Assembly (NCBI GenBank): GCA_038889235.1 | Contig: JAWAHN010000001.1 | Location: 614,499 to 646,498 of the forward strand | Direction: 5' to 3' | Length of the DNA stretch: 32,000 bases | Source: Candidatus Jordarchaeales archaeon | GTDB taxonomy: Archaea; Asgardarchaeota; Jordiarchaeia; Jordiarchaeales; Freyrarchaeaceae | Shown here: positions 18,178-26,301 of the stretch, piece by piece | How the letters are laid out: each line of letters opens with the position of its first letter | How positions within the stretch are numbered: the first letter of the stretch is position 1 | The notes under the pieces: generated by a model | Database searches by the model: none | The model's input: the letters and a program-made list of their open reading frames with translations, nothing else | What the model was told of the DNA's origin: nothing | Made by a program: the position numbers and the translations under genes

Positions 18178-19160
18178 ATTATCATTAATAAGACCGCTTT
18201 TTGAACATGTAACCTGTTTTCAGCTTCGTCGTAAATTACGGAGTGAGGACCGTCGATTACGCCATCAGTAGCCTCCACGTTTCTCCGTATAGGGAGGCAG
18301 TGCATAAAGATCGAGTCTTTCTTGGTCAAACTCATCAAGTACTCGTTGCATATCCAATCTCGAAACTTAACACGCAGCTTTTTCTCTTCTTGCGGGTTAC
18401 CATAATACTTTAGCGAGCCCCAAGATTTAACATAGACGACATCAGCTCCATCGTATGCCTCTTCAACGTTGCTCGTAACTTCTAGGCTGCCTCCAGATTC
18501 TTCGGCGTTCTTTTTCGCCCACTCCATGATCTGCTGGTCGAGCTCGAAGCCTTCGGGGTGGAGAAGCGTAACGTCCATCCCGAAACGGGTTGAAATTAAG
18601 AGGGCTGAGTTTGGAACACTGCACGGGAGAGGGTTGGGGTGGTAAACCCAGCTTAAAAGGAACTTTTTTCCATGAGGGTCTCCCTTTTTCTCTATTATCG
18701 TCATTATGTCTGCTAGCTCTTGGCATGGGTGGAACATGTCGCATTCCATGTTTATTACCGGAACGTCAGCCCACATGGCGAATTCGCGTACAACCCGGTT
18801 GCTTTCCCCATAGCGCCACCCTGTCACGTTAGGAAATATTCTTATTGATATAGCATCGCCGTAGCGGGCCATAACGGAAGCAGTATCTTTTATTGACTCT
18901 GACCCTCTACCAATCCAACCAGACTCAGCTTCCATGTAGACCGCATGACCGCCTAGCTGTGTCATCCCTATTTCGAAAGAAAGGCGGGTTCTAGTGCTCG
19001 GATTAAAGAAAAGCATAATCAACGATTTTCCTCTGAGAGCGTCAGAGTAGCTTTGAGGCCTCTTTTTCACATCAAATGCCAGTTTTAGGGTATCTTCTAT
19101 TGCTTCGAGCTCCCATTCTTGTGTTGTTATGAGGTCTTTGCCTTTCAAGTCGCTTCTCAA
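18174..19160 (-). CDS. Carbamoyltransferase of the N-acyl-ornithine type (ArgF'-like AOTCase/SOTCase)
   Basis: Carbamoyl-phosphate motifs STRTRLSF, HPCQ and HCLP. The acceptor-domain motifs LSWVYHPNPLPCSVPNS, VYVKSWGS and CLPIRRNV match N-acetyl/N-succinylornithine transcarbamylases. The classic OTCase DxxxSMG motif is absent. Confidence 0.8.
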   Translation of the reverse strand: MRSDLKGKDLITTQEWELEAIEDTLKLAFDVKKRPQSYSDALRGKSLIMLFFNPSTRTRLSFEIGMTQLGGHAVYMEAESGWIGRGSESIKDTASVMARYGDAISIRIFPNVTGWRYGESNRVVREFAMWADVPVINMECDMFHPCQELADIMTIIEKKGDPHGKKFLLSWVYHPNPLPCSVPNSALLISTRFGMDVTLLHPEGFELDQQIMEWAKKNAEESGGSLEVTSNVEEAYDGADVVYVKSWGSLKYYGNPQEEKKLRVKFRDWICNEYLMSLTKKDSIFMHCLPIRRNVEATDGVIDGPHSVIYDEAENRLHVQKAVLLMII

Positions 19161-19217
19161 AATAACACCGCCTCGGGCCCCATGGTTACCTGAAGGAAAA
19201 ATTGAGTCACTTTAAAT

Positions 19218-19571
19218 TCAGTCCATAACGCACCTCTCTATCATTCCACTTTCCTCAAGACGCTTAACTATTTGATTGTACTTAGCCTTGTTGTTTAACA
19301 TTTCATTTATTGCTTCTTCGTTTATGTGTGTTCCGGGCTTCACTTTAACTTCGACGTCTACTCCAAGCTTATCCTCTAACACCTTCTTTATTATGACTCC
19401 TATGATGCCACCCATAGGACACATGGAAGATGTCGGGGTAAACACCACAGTGACCTTGTTTCTTTCTACTGTTATGTCATCTTCGCTAACTATTCCTAGG
19501 TCGACAACTGACATGGGTAGTTCTGGGTCGCTTACCTTCTTTAAAACTTCGAGAACATCACCTTTGTTCAT
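19218..19571 (-). CDS. DUF59/MIP18 (CIA2/FAM96-like) Fe-S assembly protein
   Basis: DPELPMSVVDLGIV, FTPTSSMCPMGG and C-terminal PGTHINEEAINEMLNNK...ERC. Confidence 0.82.
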   Translation of the reverse strand: MNKGDVLEVLKKVSDPELPMSVVDLGIVSEDDITVERNKVTVVFTPTSSMCPMGGIIGVIIKKVLEDKLGVDVEVKVKPGTHINEEAINEMLNNKAKYNQIVKRLEESGMIERCVMD

Positions 19572-19619
19572 GTCGTTTCCACCAAATTCCTTTTCAAGAC
19601 GAATGAGGGGGAATAGAAT

Positions 19620-20861
19620 TTAAACGTTTTCCCCCACTTTTCGCCTAGGTAAAAAACACCGTTCAAACTCGCCTAGCAATTCCCTGACACTTTTCCCCGT
19701 TGCTTCGGACACCTTCCTTAGATCCTCGAATTCCGGCTTAACTCTAAGCACTCTGCCCTGTTTATCCCTCGCCACTTTCACATTAATAGGGTACCTCTTC
19801 CCTTCGACCTCAAGATCAAAAGTAATCATCTCTTTTTCTAAAATTAGCCTTTTGACTTGATGAAGACGCACACCTAAAGTTCCAGTCTCCTTGATTAATT
19901 TTTCCGCTATGCTGGTATAGTTTTCGGGTGTACATATGACTTGTAAAATGCATCCTGGTCTCCCTTTTTTCGCGATGGTAGGTATGATAGTCACGTCTCT
20001 TGCTCCAGACTTTAGAAGCAATGTTGAAACGTGGGCGATCACTTCTCCTGAAATGTCGTCTACGTTTGTCTCGACAACAACCATCTCTTCCTCGTATAGT
20101 GAAGAAGTGTTGCCAATTATCACTCTAAAAACGTTCGGGAGGTCGGCTAAATCTCGCTCTCCAGCCCCATACCCCGCTTTTATAGGCGTAACTGGTGGCA
20201 TCACGCTAAACGGTTCTGCTTTCAACGCAGCAAGTATTGCTACACCTGTCGGTGTTGCAAGCTCACAGTTAGATAAGCCAGCCAGCATAGTCATCCCGGC
20301 TTCCCGCAATATCTCAACAGTTGCAGGGGCGGGTATTGGCAGTGAACCGTGGGATGATCGAATTACGCCACATCCGACTGCTACTGGGCTAGTAAACCAC
20401 TTTGCATCAAGTAAACCGAGCTTTTCGCACATGAGTGCAGCACCCACTATGTCAAATATAGTGTCTGCTGAGCCAAGCTCATGTAGATGTACTTCTTCGA
20501 CGTTTTCGCCATGAACCTTCGCCTCCGATTTAGCGAGAAGGAAGGCAATGCTGGTTGCCATGTTCAGAGCACGCTTTGAAAGTGAGAGTTCTTGAGCAGT
20601 TTTTTCAACAAAATCCAGTAATTCTTTACCAGTAAAGCCTTTCTCTTCCTTAACGAAAAGGGAGACTTTCGTAGCCGCGATATCTTTTCGCCTAACTTTT
20701 TCGACTCTAACTTCAGCTTCCGAACATTTATTTACTACTTTAGGTAAAACACTAGCCAGTTCTTCGAGTTCACTCCACTCTCCACACAAGTCGACGAGCG
20801 CACCCAAGAACATGTCACCGGAAACACCAGCAATGGACGAATCGGCTATAGCTATTGACAC
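19620..20861 (-). CDS. larC: Nickel insertion protein LarC (nickel-pincer cofactor biosynthesis)
   Basis: GVSGDMFLGALVDL, AEAKVHG-like SEAKVHG, VHLHELGSADTIFDIVG, HGSLPIPAPAT, TPTGVAIL, ETNVDD, KKGRPG, ETGTLGVR and KPEFED. Confidence 0.95.
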   Translation of the reverse strand: MSIAIADSSIAGVSGDMFLGALVDLCGEWSELEELASVLPKVVNKCSEAEVRVEKVRRKDIAATKVSLFVKEEKGFTGKELLDFVEKTAQELSLSKRALNMATSIAFLLAKSEAKVHGENVEEVHLHELGSADTIFDIVGAALMCEKLGLLDAKWFTSPVAVGCGVIRSSHGSLPIPAPATVEILREAGMTMLAGLSNCELATPTGVAILAALKAEPFSVMPPVTPIKAGYGAGERDLADLPNVFRVIIGNTSSLYEEEMVVVETNVDDISGEVIAHVSTLLLKSGARDVTIIPTIAKKGRPGCILQVICTPENYTSIAEKLIKETGTLGVRLHQVKRLILEKEMITFDLEVEGKRYPINVKVARDKQGRVLRVKPEFEDLRKVSEATGKSVRELLGEFERCFLPRRKVGENV

Positions 20862-20864
20862 TTT

Positions 20865-21665
20865 TCACCCCCCGGGTATTTTTTCTCTAAACATTGCTGC
20901 CCTGTTAGCTATCAAAGCCGCGATTACGCCTGCTCCAACCCCGTTGTCAATGTTAACAACGGCGACTCCGGGAGCGCATGTTTGAAGCATCGTGAAAAGG
21001 GCGCCAACGCCGCCTCCTCCAAACCCGTACCCCGTGCTTGTTGGAACACCTATTACCGGAAGGTTCACGAGTCCTGAAACTACGGAGGGGAGCGCGCCCT
21101 CCATTCCAGCGACAACAACTATTACATCTACCCCGTTTCTGACCATGTCGGCAAGCGGCTTAAATACTCTGTGAATTCCTGCGACCCCAACGTCATAGGC
21201 GACGTAAACTTCGCACCCCATACATCTTGCAGTTAGCCTGACTTCTTCGGCTACAGGTATGTCTGCTGTACCTCCGGTTAGGACACCTACCTTTCCGCCG
21301 GTCTTAGTCAGTTTGTAATCCGGCCTCCTGACGTAAATAGTTCCAGTTTCTTCTATCACTTCTAGCGAAAACATGCTCTCCGGAAACTCTTTTCTTAACA
21401 AGGACAACTGTTCCTCGTTGCACTTGGTTACAATAACGTAACCTTTCTCTTCAACAACTCTTCTAGCGATCTCAACAAGGTACTCTTTTCGCTTACCTTT
21501 AGCATAAACAATTTCCGGCGTACTCGAGCGGAGCTCCCTCTTCACGTCTATCTTGGCGATATTACCAACTTCCAGTATTTGAAAGAAACGAATTGCCCTT
21601 TCAGCTTCATCTAAGCTAATTTCGCCTTTAACTAGCTTCTCGAGGATCTCCCTTAACTGGCTTAT
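20865..21665 (-). CDS. larB: LarB (PurE-like carboxylase/hydrolase, nickel-pincer cofactor biosynthesis), probable ATA start
   Basis: PEIVYAKGK, GTADIPVAEE, YDVGVAGIHR, VAGMEGALPSVVSGL, GVPTSTGYG and VNIDNGVGA. Homology begins at SQLREILEK. ATA 21665 lies 8 nt after SD GGAGGG. Confidence 0.92.
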   Translation of the reverse strand: MSQLREILEKLVKGEISLDEAERAIRFFQILEVGNIAKIDVKRELRSSTPEIVYAKGKRKEYLVEIARRVVEEKGYVIVTKCNEEQLSLLRKEFPESMFSLEVIEETGTIYVRRPDYKLTKTGGKVGVLTGGTADIPVAEEVRLTARCMGCEVYVAYDVGVAGIHRVFKPLADMVRNGVDVIVVVAGMEGALPSVVSGLVNLPVIGVPTSTGYGFGGGGVGALFTMLQTCAPGVAVVNIDNGVGAGVIAALIANRAAMFREKIPGG

Positions 21666-21700
21666 AGCACTCTCCCTCCGGCCGGGCAGGACGTGATGGC

Positions 21701-21710
21701 TATTTAAATA
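21701..21710. promoter_or_regulatory. Palindromic TATA box TATTTAAATA, possibly shared by divergent larB and queC
   Basis: Perfect 10-bp palindrome roughly midway between the two inferred starts (21665 and 21758), with a GGAGGG SD on each side. Confidence 0.55.
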
Positions 21711-21757
21711 TCTCAACGATAATACCTTAAAAGTGTAGTGCGCTGGAGGGGAATAAT

Positions 21758-22504
21758 ATACAGGCAAAGATCGGAGTAGTCCTTTTAAGTGGAGGGTTAG
21801 ATTCGACGGTAACATTGTGGTGGGCTAAGGAAAAAGAAAGATATAGTGAGATACATACTTTAACGTTCCTTTACGGTTCCAGGGAAGAAAAAGTCGTGAA
21901 AAAGGTTTGTGAAAGGCTGTCTTCTCTTTCCGGGGCCAAGAAACAAGTCTTCCTAGAGTTACCTTGGCTCAAAGAGTTCTCCGCTAAAGCTGGAACAGCT
22001 TTGATAGAAGGAGGTAACCTGCCACCTAAATTAACTATTCAAATGCTTGATGATAAAAGTGCTGTGAGAGAGACGTCTAGGAGTGTTTGGGTTCCGGCGA
22101 GAAACCTTTGCTTTATAGCTATAGCTGCGGCGTATGCAGAGACGTTAGGTGGTGAGATCGAAATAATTACAGGCTTTAATAAAGAGGAGGCTGAAACATT
22201 CCCCGACAACTCTCTTACCTTCACTGAAAGAGCGAACGCGTTACTTGAAACGTCAACTCTCAAAGCTAGGGTCTCCTTAAAAACTCCTATTATACATCTC
22301 AACAAGAAGGAGATATGCGTGTTAGCAAAGTCGCTCAATGTCCCCGTTGAGTACACAAACTCCTGCTACAACCCAATCGGCATAACTGAGGACGGGAAAC
22401 CCATTCATTGCGGCGTTTGTGAGAGCTGCACGAGGAGGAGACGTGCTTTCTTGGAAGCCATAGGTTCAGACCCTACTATTTACGCTTACAATCAAACGAC
22501 TTAA
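21758..22504 (+). CDS. queC: 7-cyano-7-deazaguanine synthase QueC (PP-loop), probable ATA start
   Basis: The PP-loop IGVVLLSGGLDST is in frame upstream of the ORF-track TTG at 21815. Other motifs are VPARN, FPDNS, SCY and HCGVCESC. An in-frame TAA at 21728 closes the frame upstream. Confidence 0.9.
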   Translation: MQAKIGVVLLSGGLDSTVTLWWAKEKERYSEIHTLTFLYGSREEKVVKKVCERLSSLSGAKKQVFLELPWLKEFSAKAGTALIEGGNLPPKLTIQMLDDKSAVRETSRSVWVPARNLCFIAIAAAYAETLGGEIEIITGFNKEEAETFPDNSLTFTERANALLETSTLKARVSLKTPIIHLNKKEICVLAKSLNVPVEYTNSCYNPIGITEDGKPIHCGVCESCTRRRRAFLEAIGSDPTIYAYNQTT

Positions 22505-22621
22505 TTAGTAAAACAGGATTGCAGCCCAGAAAAAGCGGATTAGAACTCATAAAGAAATTTGGGAGTTGGAAAAACAAGGAGACATGGAAGCTTTGCAGTG
22601 TAAGCGCATATCTTAGGTAAA

Positions 22622-23959
22622 TTATGCCGTTCCTTCTCTCCACCCTCTGAGGTATGCCATTTGTTCCTTCGTGAGTTGTTCTAACTCTATTCCCATGGCC
22701 TTGCACTTCAATTCCGCCACGGTCATGTCTATTTCCTTTGGTATGTCGAGAACCACGTTTCCTAACTTCTTAAGCTCGTCTCTGTGTTTAACAATCCATT
22801 CAACAGCTAAAGCTTGGTCGCTAAACGACATGTCCATAACAGAGCTGGGGTGTCCTTCAGCAGCGACAAGGTTTACTAGACGACCTTTACAGAGCAAGTA
22901 TATTCTCCTTCCATCTTTTAGCCGATACTCTTCAACATTAGGCCTTATTTCTTCCTTGCTTACAGCCAGACTTTCTAGGTCCTTTAAGTTTATTTCGACG
23001 TCAAAGTGCCCTGCATTAGCAAGTATGGCGCCATCCTTCATTTTTTCGATGTGCTCCTTTCTTATAACGTCTTTGCAGCCAGTAGCCGTTATGAATATGT
23101 CCCCCACTTCTGCGGCTTTGTACATCGGCATCACGTCTATACCTTCAAGCGCAGCGGTAAGCGCTCTATGTGGGTTTATCTCTGTTACTATAACTCTCCT
23201 AGCGCCTAAACCTTTAGCCCGCAAAGCGATCCCGCGGCCGCAATGTCCGTATCCGGCAACCACAACCACTTTTCCTGCTATTAGTTCAGAAGTCGCTCTC
23301 ATTATTCCGTCGAGTGTTGACTGGCCAGTCCCCCACACGTTGTCAAATTCCCACTTGGTAGGGGTATCGTTCGTTGCAAGTATGGGGTACGGCAATTTCC
23401 CCTCTTCAGCCATGGCGCGGAGCCTTATTACTCCCGTAGTGGTTTCCTCGGCGCCACCCCAAACGTTACTCCACCAGTCGCCTCCTTCTCCCAGCACTTT
23501 CTTAACTATTTTTATTTCTTCTCCGCCTTCCTTGTGCTTTAGCTTGGCTATCGTAGAAACTAAGTCAGCCCCGTCGTCCAGCGTCACGTTTGGCCGGGCT
23601 TTTATAACGTTCGCTATAGACCTATAGTAACCTTCAGTGTCCATGCCGTACCAGGCGTAAACACCTATTCCATGCTTAACTAGGGCAGCCGCTACAGGGT
23701 CTTGTGTTGAGAGCGGGTTAGAAGCACAAAGGTAAACGGTTGCTCCTCCTGCTTGGAGTGTTCGAACTAAAACGGCAGTTTCTTTCGTTACGTGCAGACA
23801 AGCACCAACTACCACGTTTTTAAGTGGTTTTTCTTTCTCGAAACGCTCCCTTATCATTTTTAAGACTGGCATGTGGTCTTCTGCCCATCGAATGAGTTTT
23901 TCTCCCTGCGACGCGAGGCCTATGTCTTTTATCTCGTAATTTTTTCCAACCTGAGTCAT
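22622..23959 (-). CDS. ahcY: S-adenosylhomocysteine hydrolase
   Basis: ACLHVTKET, SNPLSTQD, DDGADL, EETTTGV, FDNVWGTGQS, GYGHCGRG, GHFDVEI and VNLVAAEGHP. Confidence 0.97.
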   Translation of the reverse strand: MTQVGKNYEIKDIGLASQGEKLIRWAEDHMPVLKMIRERFEKEKPLKNVVVGACLHVTKETAVLVRTLQAGGATVYLCASNPLSTQDPVAAALVKHGIGVYAWYGMDTEGYYRSIANVIKARPNVTLDDGADLVSTIAKLKHKEGGEEIKIVKKVLGEGGDWWSNVWGGAEETTTGVIRLRAMAEEGKLPYPILATNDTPTKWEFDNVWGTGQSTLDGIMRATSELIAGKVVVVAGYGHCGRGIALRAKGLGARRVIVTEINPHRALTAALEGIDVMPMYKAAEVGDIFITATGCKDVIRKEHIEKMKDGAILANAGHFDVEINLKDLESLAVSKEEIRPNVEEYRLKDGRRIYLLCKGRLVNLVAAEGHPSSVMDMSFSDQALAVEWIVKHRDELKKLGNVVLDIPKEIDMTVAELKCKAMGIELEQLTKEQMAYLRGWREGTA

Positions 23960-24009
23960 CACGTCCACCTCTCTCTGCTAAATTTTCAAGGAGTTTTAAA
24001 TTTGTTGGT

Positions 24010-25686
24010 TTACGCGATTCTTCCCTCTTCTAGTGCTTTTAATTCGGCCTGTATCTCTTCTTCTGTGATCTTTCTGAATAATGGTTTCGGCTGCTTGATC
24101 AAATGTCCAGGTTTTATGTTGAATCTCTTCGCAGATTCCCAGTTTTGTAGCTTAGTGTTAAGCATCTCGAAAAGCTGCTCCATGGATGTGGGGATTACAG
24201 GGTAAAGGCAGGTTGCCGCCGAGTAGAGGAAGTTCACGCAAATGTAGAGCGTGGTTGCAGCATTTTTTTCTTCTCCTTTTTTCATGGCGTCCCATGGTGC
24301 TTTGGCTGTAAAATAGCTGTTTGCTTTTTTGAACGTCTCGACTATGCGCCGTATAACTTTTGAGAAGTCACACTTTTCATACTCTCTTTCTACTTCTTCG
24401 ACCATTTGCATGAAAGTTGAGGTGAAGTCTTCGTCTTGTTCATCTGTCTCGCCTGGTTCTGGGACCCTCTTTTCGAACCATCTGGAAATGAATGACAAGA
24501 CACGGTGGGTGAAGTTTCCTATGTTGTCCACCAGATCTCCGTTCACTTTGTTCATGAACTCGGCCCAGCTGAAGTCGTTGTCGCTAATGTTGTTGGCTAC
24601 TTTTGAGGCTAAATAGAAGCGGATGTAATCCGCGGGGAACTTATCGAGGACGCGTTTGAGGGGGACGAACCACTTCCTGCTCTTACTCATTTTCCGTCCT
24701 TCGAGCGTAAGATAGCCATTTATAACATACTTCCCTGGGAGGGTATAACCTCCAACACCCATTAGCATTGCAGGCCAGAAGAGGAGGTGGTGGTATATTA
24801 TGTCTTTGCCTATGAAGTGAGTTATTAGACAGTCCCCCATCCAGTAGTCCTTCCAGTCCCGCCCGGTTTTTTTACTCCAGTTAACCGTCGAAGCGATGTA
24901 ACCTATGGGGGCATCAAACCACACGTACACATATTGGTTGTCCTTGGCGTCCTCATAAGGTAACTTGAAACCCCAGTAGTCCTCTCTCGTTATATCCCAA
25001 TCTTGTAATCCAGACTTGATCCATTGGACAACATAATTAACAACTTCCCTGGAGAGTTCATCGCTGCTTTTAGATTCCATCCATTCGAGCAACCTTTGTG
25101 AAAAGGCACTCAGCTTGAATATGAAGTGTTCTTCAGTCCTGATAGACGGAGGAGAACCGCACACAACACAACGCGGTTCAAGCATCATGCCGGGTTCTAT
25201 CGTTCTTCCGCACAATTCACAAGCGTCGCCGTACTGGTCTTCTGCTCCACAGTACGGGCACTTGCCTTTGATCATACGGTCGGGTAGGTACATTTTGTCT
25301 GTCTCACAGTAGAAAAGTCTAACTTCTTTCTTGTAGATGTACCCGTTTTTTCTCAATTTTAGCAGGAATTCTTCTGTTAGCTTCCTGTTTTCCTCACTGT
25401 GAGTTCTGTGATAGTTATCAAAGCTTATGCCAAGTTTCTCCAAATCCTCTATTTGGCGTTTTCTGTAGTATTCGACGTGTTCTAGAGGTGTGTGACCTGC
25501 CTCTCTAGCTGCAACCGATATGGGGGTTCCGTGCTCATCGCTTCCGCAAACAAAGACTACATCTAATCCCTTGATCCTACAAAAGCGGGTGAAAATGTCT
25601 GCCGGTATGTAAGTGCTAAAGGCGTGGCCGAGGTGAAGGTCGGAATTAGCATATGGTAGCGCTGCTGTAACCAGCACTCTGCGCAA
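24010..25686 (-). CDS. metG: Methionyl-tRNA synthetase (short form, no C-terminal tRNA-binding appendage)
   Basis: ALPYAN, HLGH, GSDEHG, Zn-knuckle Cys motifs, YVWFDAPIGY, GKDIIYHH and KMSKS. TTG 25686 follows SD GGAGGG. Confidence 0.97.
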   Translation of the reverse strand: MRRVLVTAALPYANSDLHLGHAFSTYIPADIFTRFCRIKGLDVVFVCGSDEHGTPISVAAREAGHTPLEHVEYYRKRQIEDLEKLGISFDNYHRTHSEENRKLTEEFLLKLRKNGYIYKKEVRLFYCETDKMYLPDRMIKGKCPYCGAEDQYGDACELCGRTIEPGMMLEPRCVVCGSPPSIRTEEHFIFKLSAFSQRLLEWMESKSSDELSREVVNYVVQWIKSGLQDWDITREDYWGFKLPYEDAKDNQYVYVWFDAPIGYIASTVNWSKKTGRDWKDYWMGDCLITHFIGKDIIYHHLLFWPAMLMGVGGYTLPGKYVINGYLTLEGRKMSKSRKWFVPLKRVLDKFPADYIRFYLASKVANNISDNDFSWAEFMNKVNGDLVDNIGNFTHRVLSFISRWFEKRVPEPGETDEQDEDFTSTFMQMVEEVEREYEKCDFSKVIRRIVETFKKANSYFTAKAPWDAMKKGEEKNAATTLYICVNFLYSAATCLYPVIPTSMEQLFEMLNTKLQNWESAKRFNIKPGHLIKQPKPLFRKITEEEIQAELKALEEGRIA

Positions 25687-25847
25687 CTTAGATCCCTCCA
25701 AGCAACGAAAGTAAAACAGGCAATTAAATATTACACTCAGAGGGGTTTTGCTTTAACTTTCAACCTTCAAGCATCTGATGAAGGACAAAATGCCCATTAA
25801 CCTTTTAAACCCGTCTGTGTGGAGTAGTATTCTGAAGGGGATGTATC

Positions 25848-26252
25848 ATGCCTAAAGAATTCACATATAGAGGGTACACACTGGAAGAGCTCCAGAAAAT
25901 GCCAATGGATGATTTCATAAAACTGTTGCCTGCGAGACAGAGGAGAAGCTTGATCAGAGGGTTACCACCACGCCACAAGAAGTTATTGGAAAAGATAAGA
26001 AGAGCGAGGAGAGCGCTTAAAAAGGATAAGAAAGTCATTGTGAAAACACATAACAGGGACCTCATAATCCTGCCGGAAATGGTGGGACTAACCATTGCAG
26101 TGTACAACGGTAAGGAGTTTGTACCAGTAGAGATAAGGCCTGAGATGATCGGCCATTACCTCGGAGAGTTCGCCCTAACGTGCAAAAGAGTCGTACACGG
26201 TGCTCCAGGGATTGGAGCAACGCGTTCATCGATGTACGTTCCACTTAAGTAA
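25848..26252 (+). CDS. rps19: 30S ribosomal protein uS19 (archaeal type)
   Basis: [35 protein letters not shown] and [18 protein letters not shown]. Confidence 0.98.
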   Translation: MPKEFTYRGYTLEELQKMPMDDFIKLLPARQRRSLIRGLPPRHKKLLEKIRRARRALKKDKKVIVKTHNRDLIILPEMVGLTIAVYNGKEFVPVEIRPEMIGHYLGEFALTCKRVVHGAPGIGATRSSMYVPLK

Positions 26253-26301
26253 GGCGCTGCTGCCGTCCCGAATTTTCGTAGAAGACGTGCTAGCTTGTTC
26301 T

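Noticed and set aside
20865-21815. 316-aa LarB with a 50-aa N-terminal extension, as in the ORF track
   Set aside because: The extension has no LarB-like sequence, crosses the TATA palindrome and overlaps the queC PP-loop on the opposite strand.
23461-23560. Roughly 15-aa insertion in AhcY as an in-frame intron
   Set aside because: It is purine-rich, has no hairpin or BHB geometry and reads as a normal charged surface helix.
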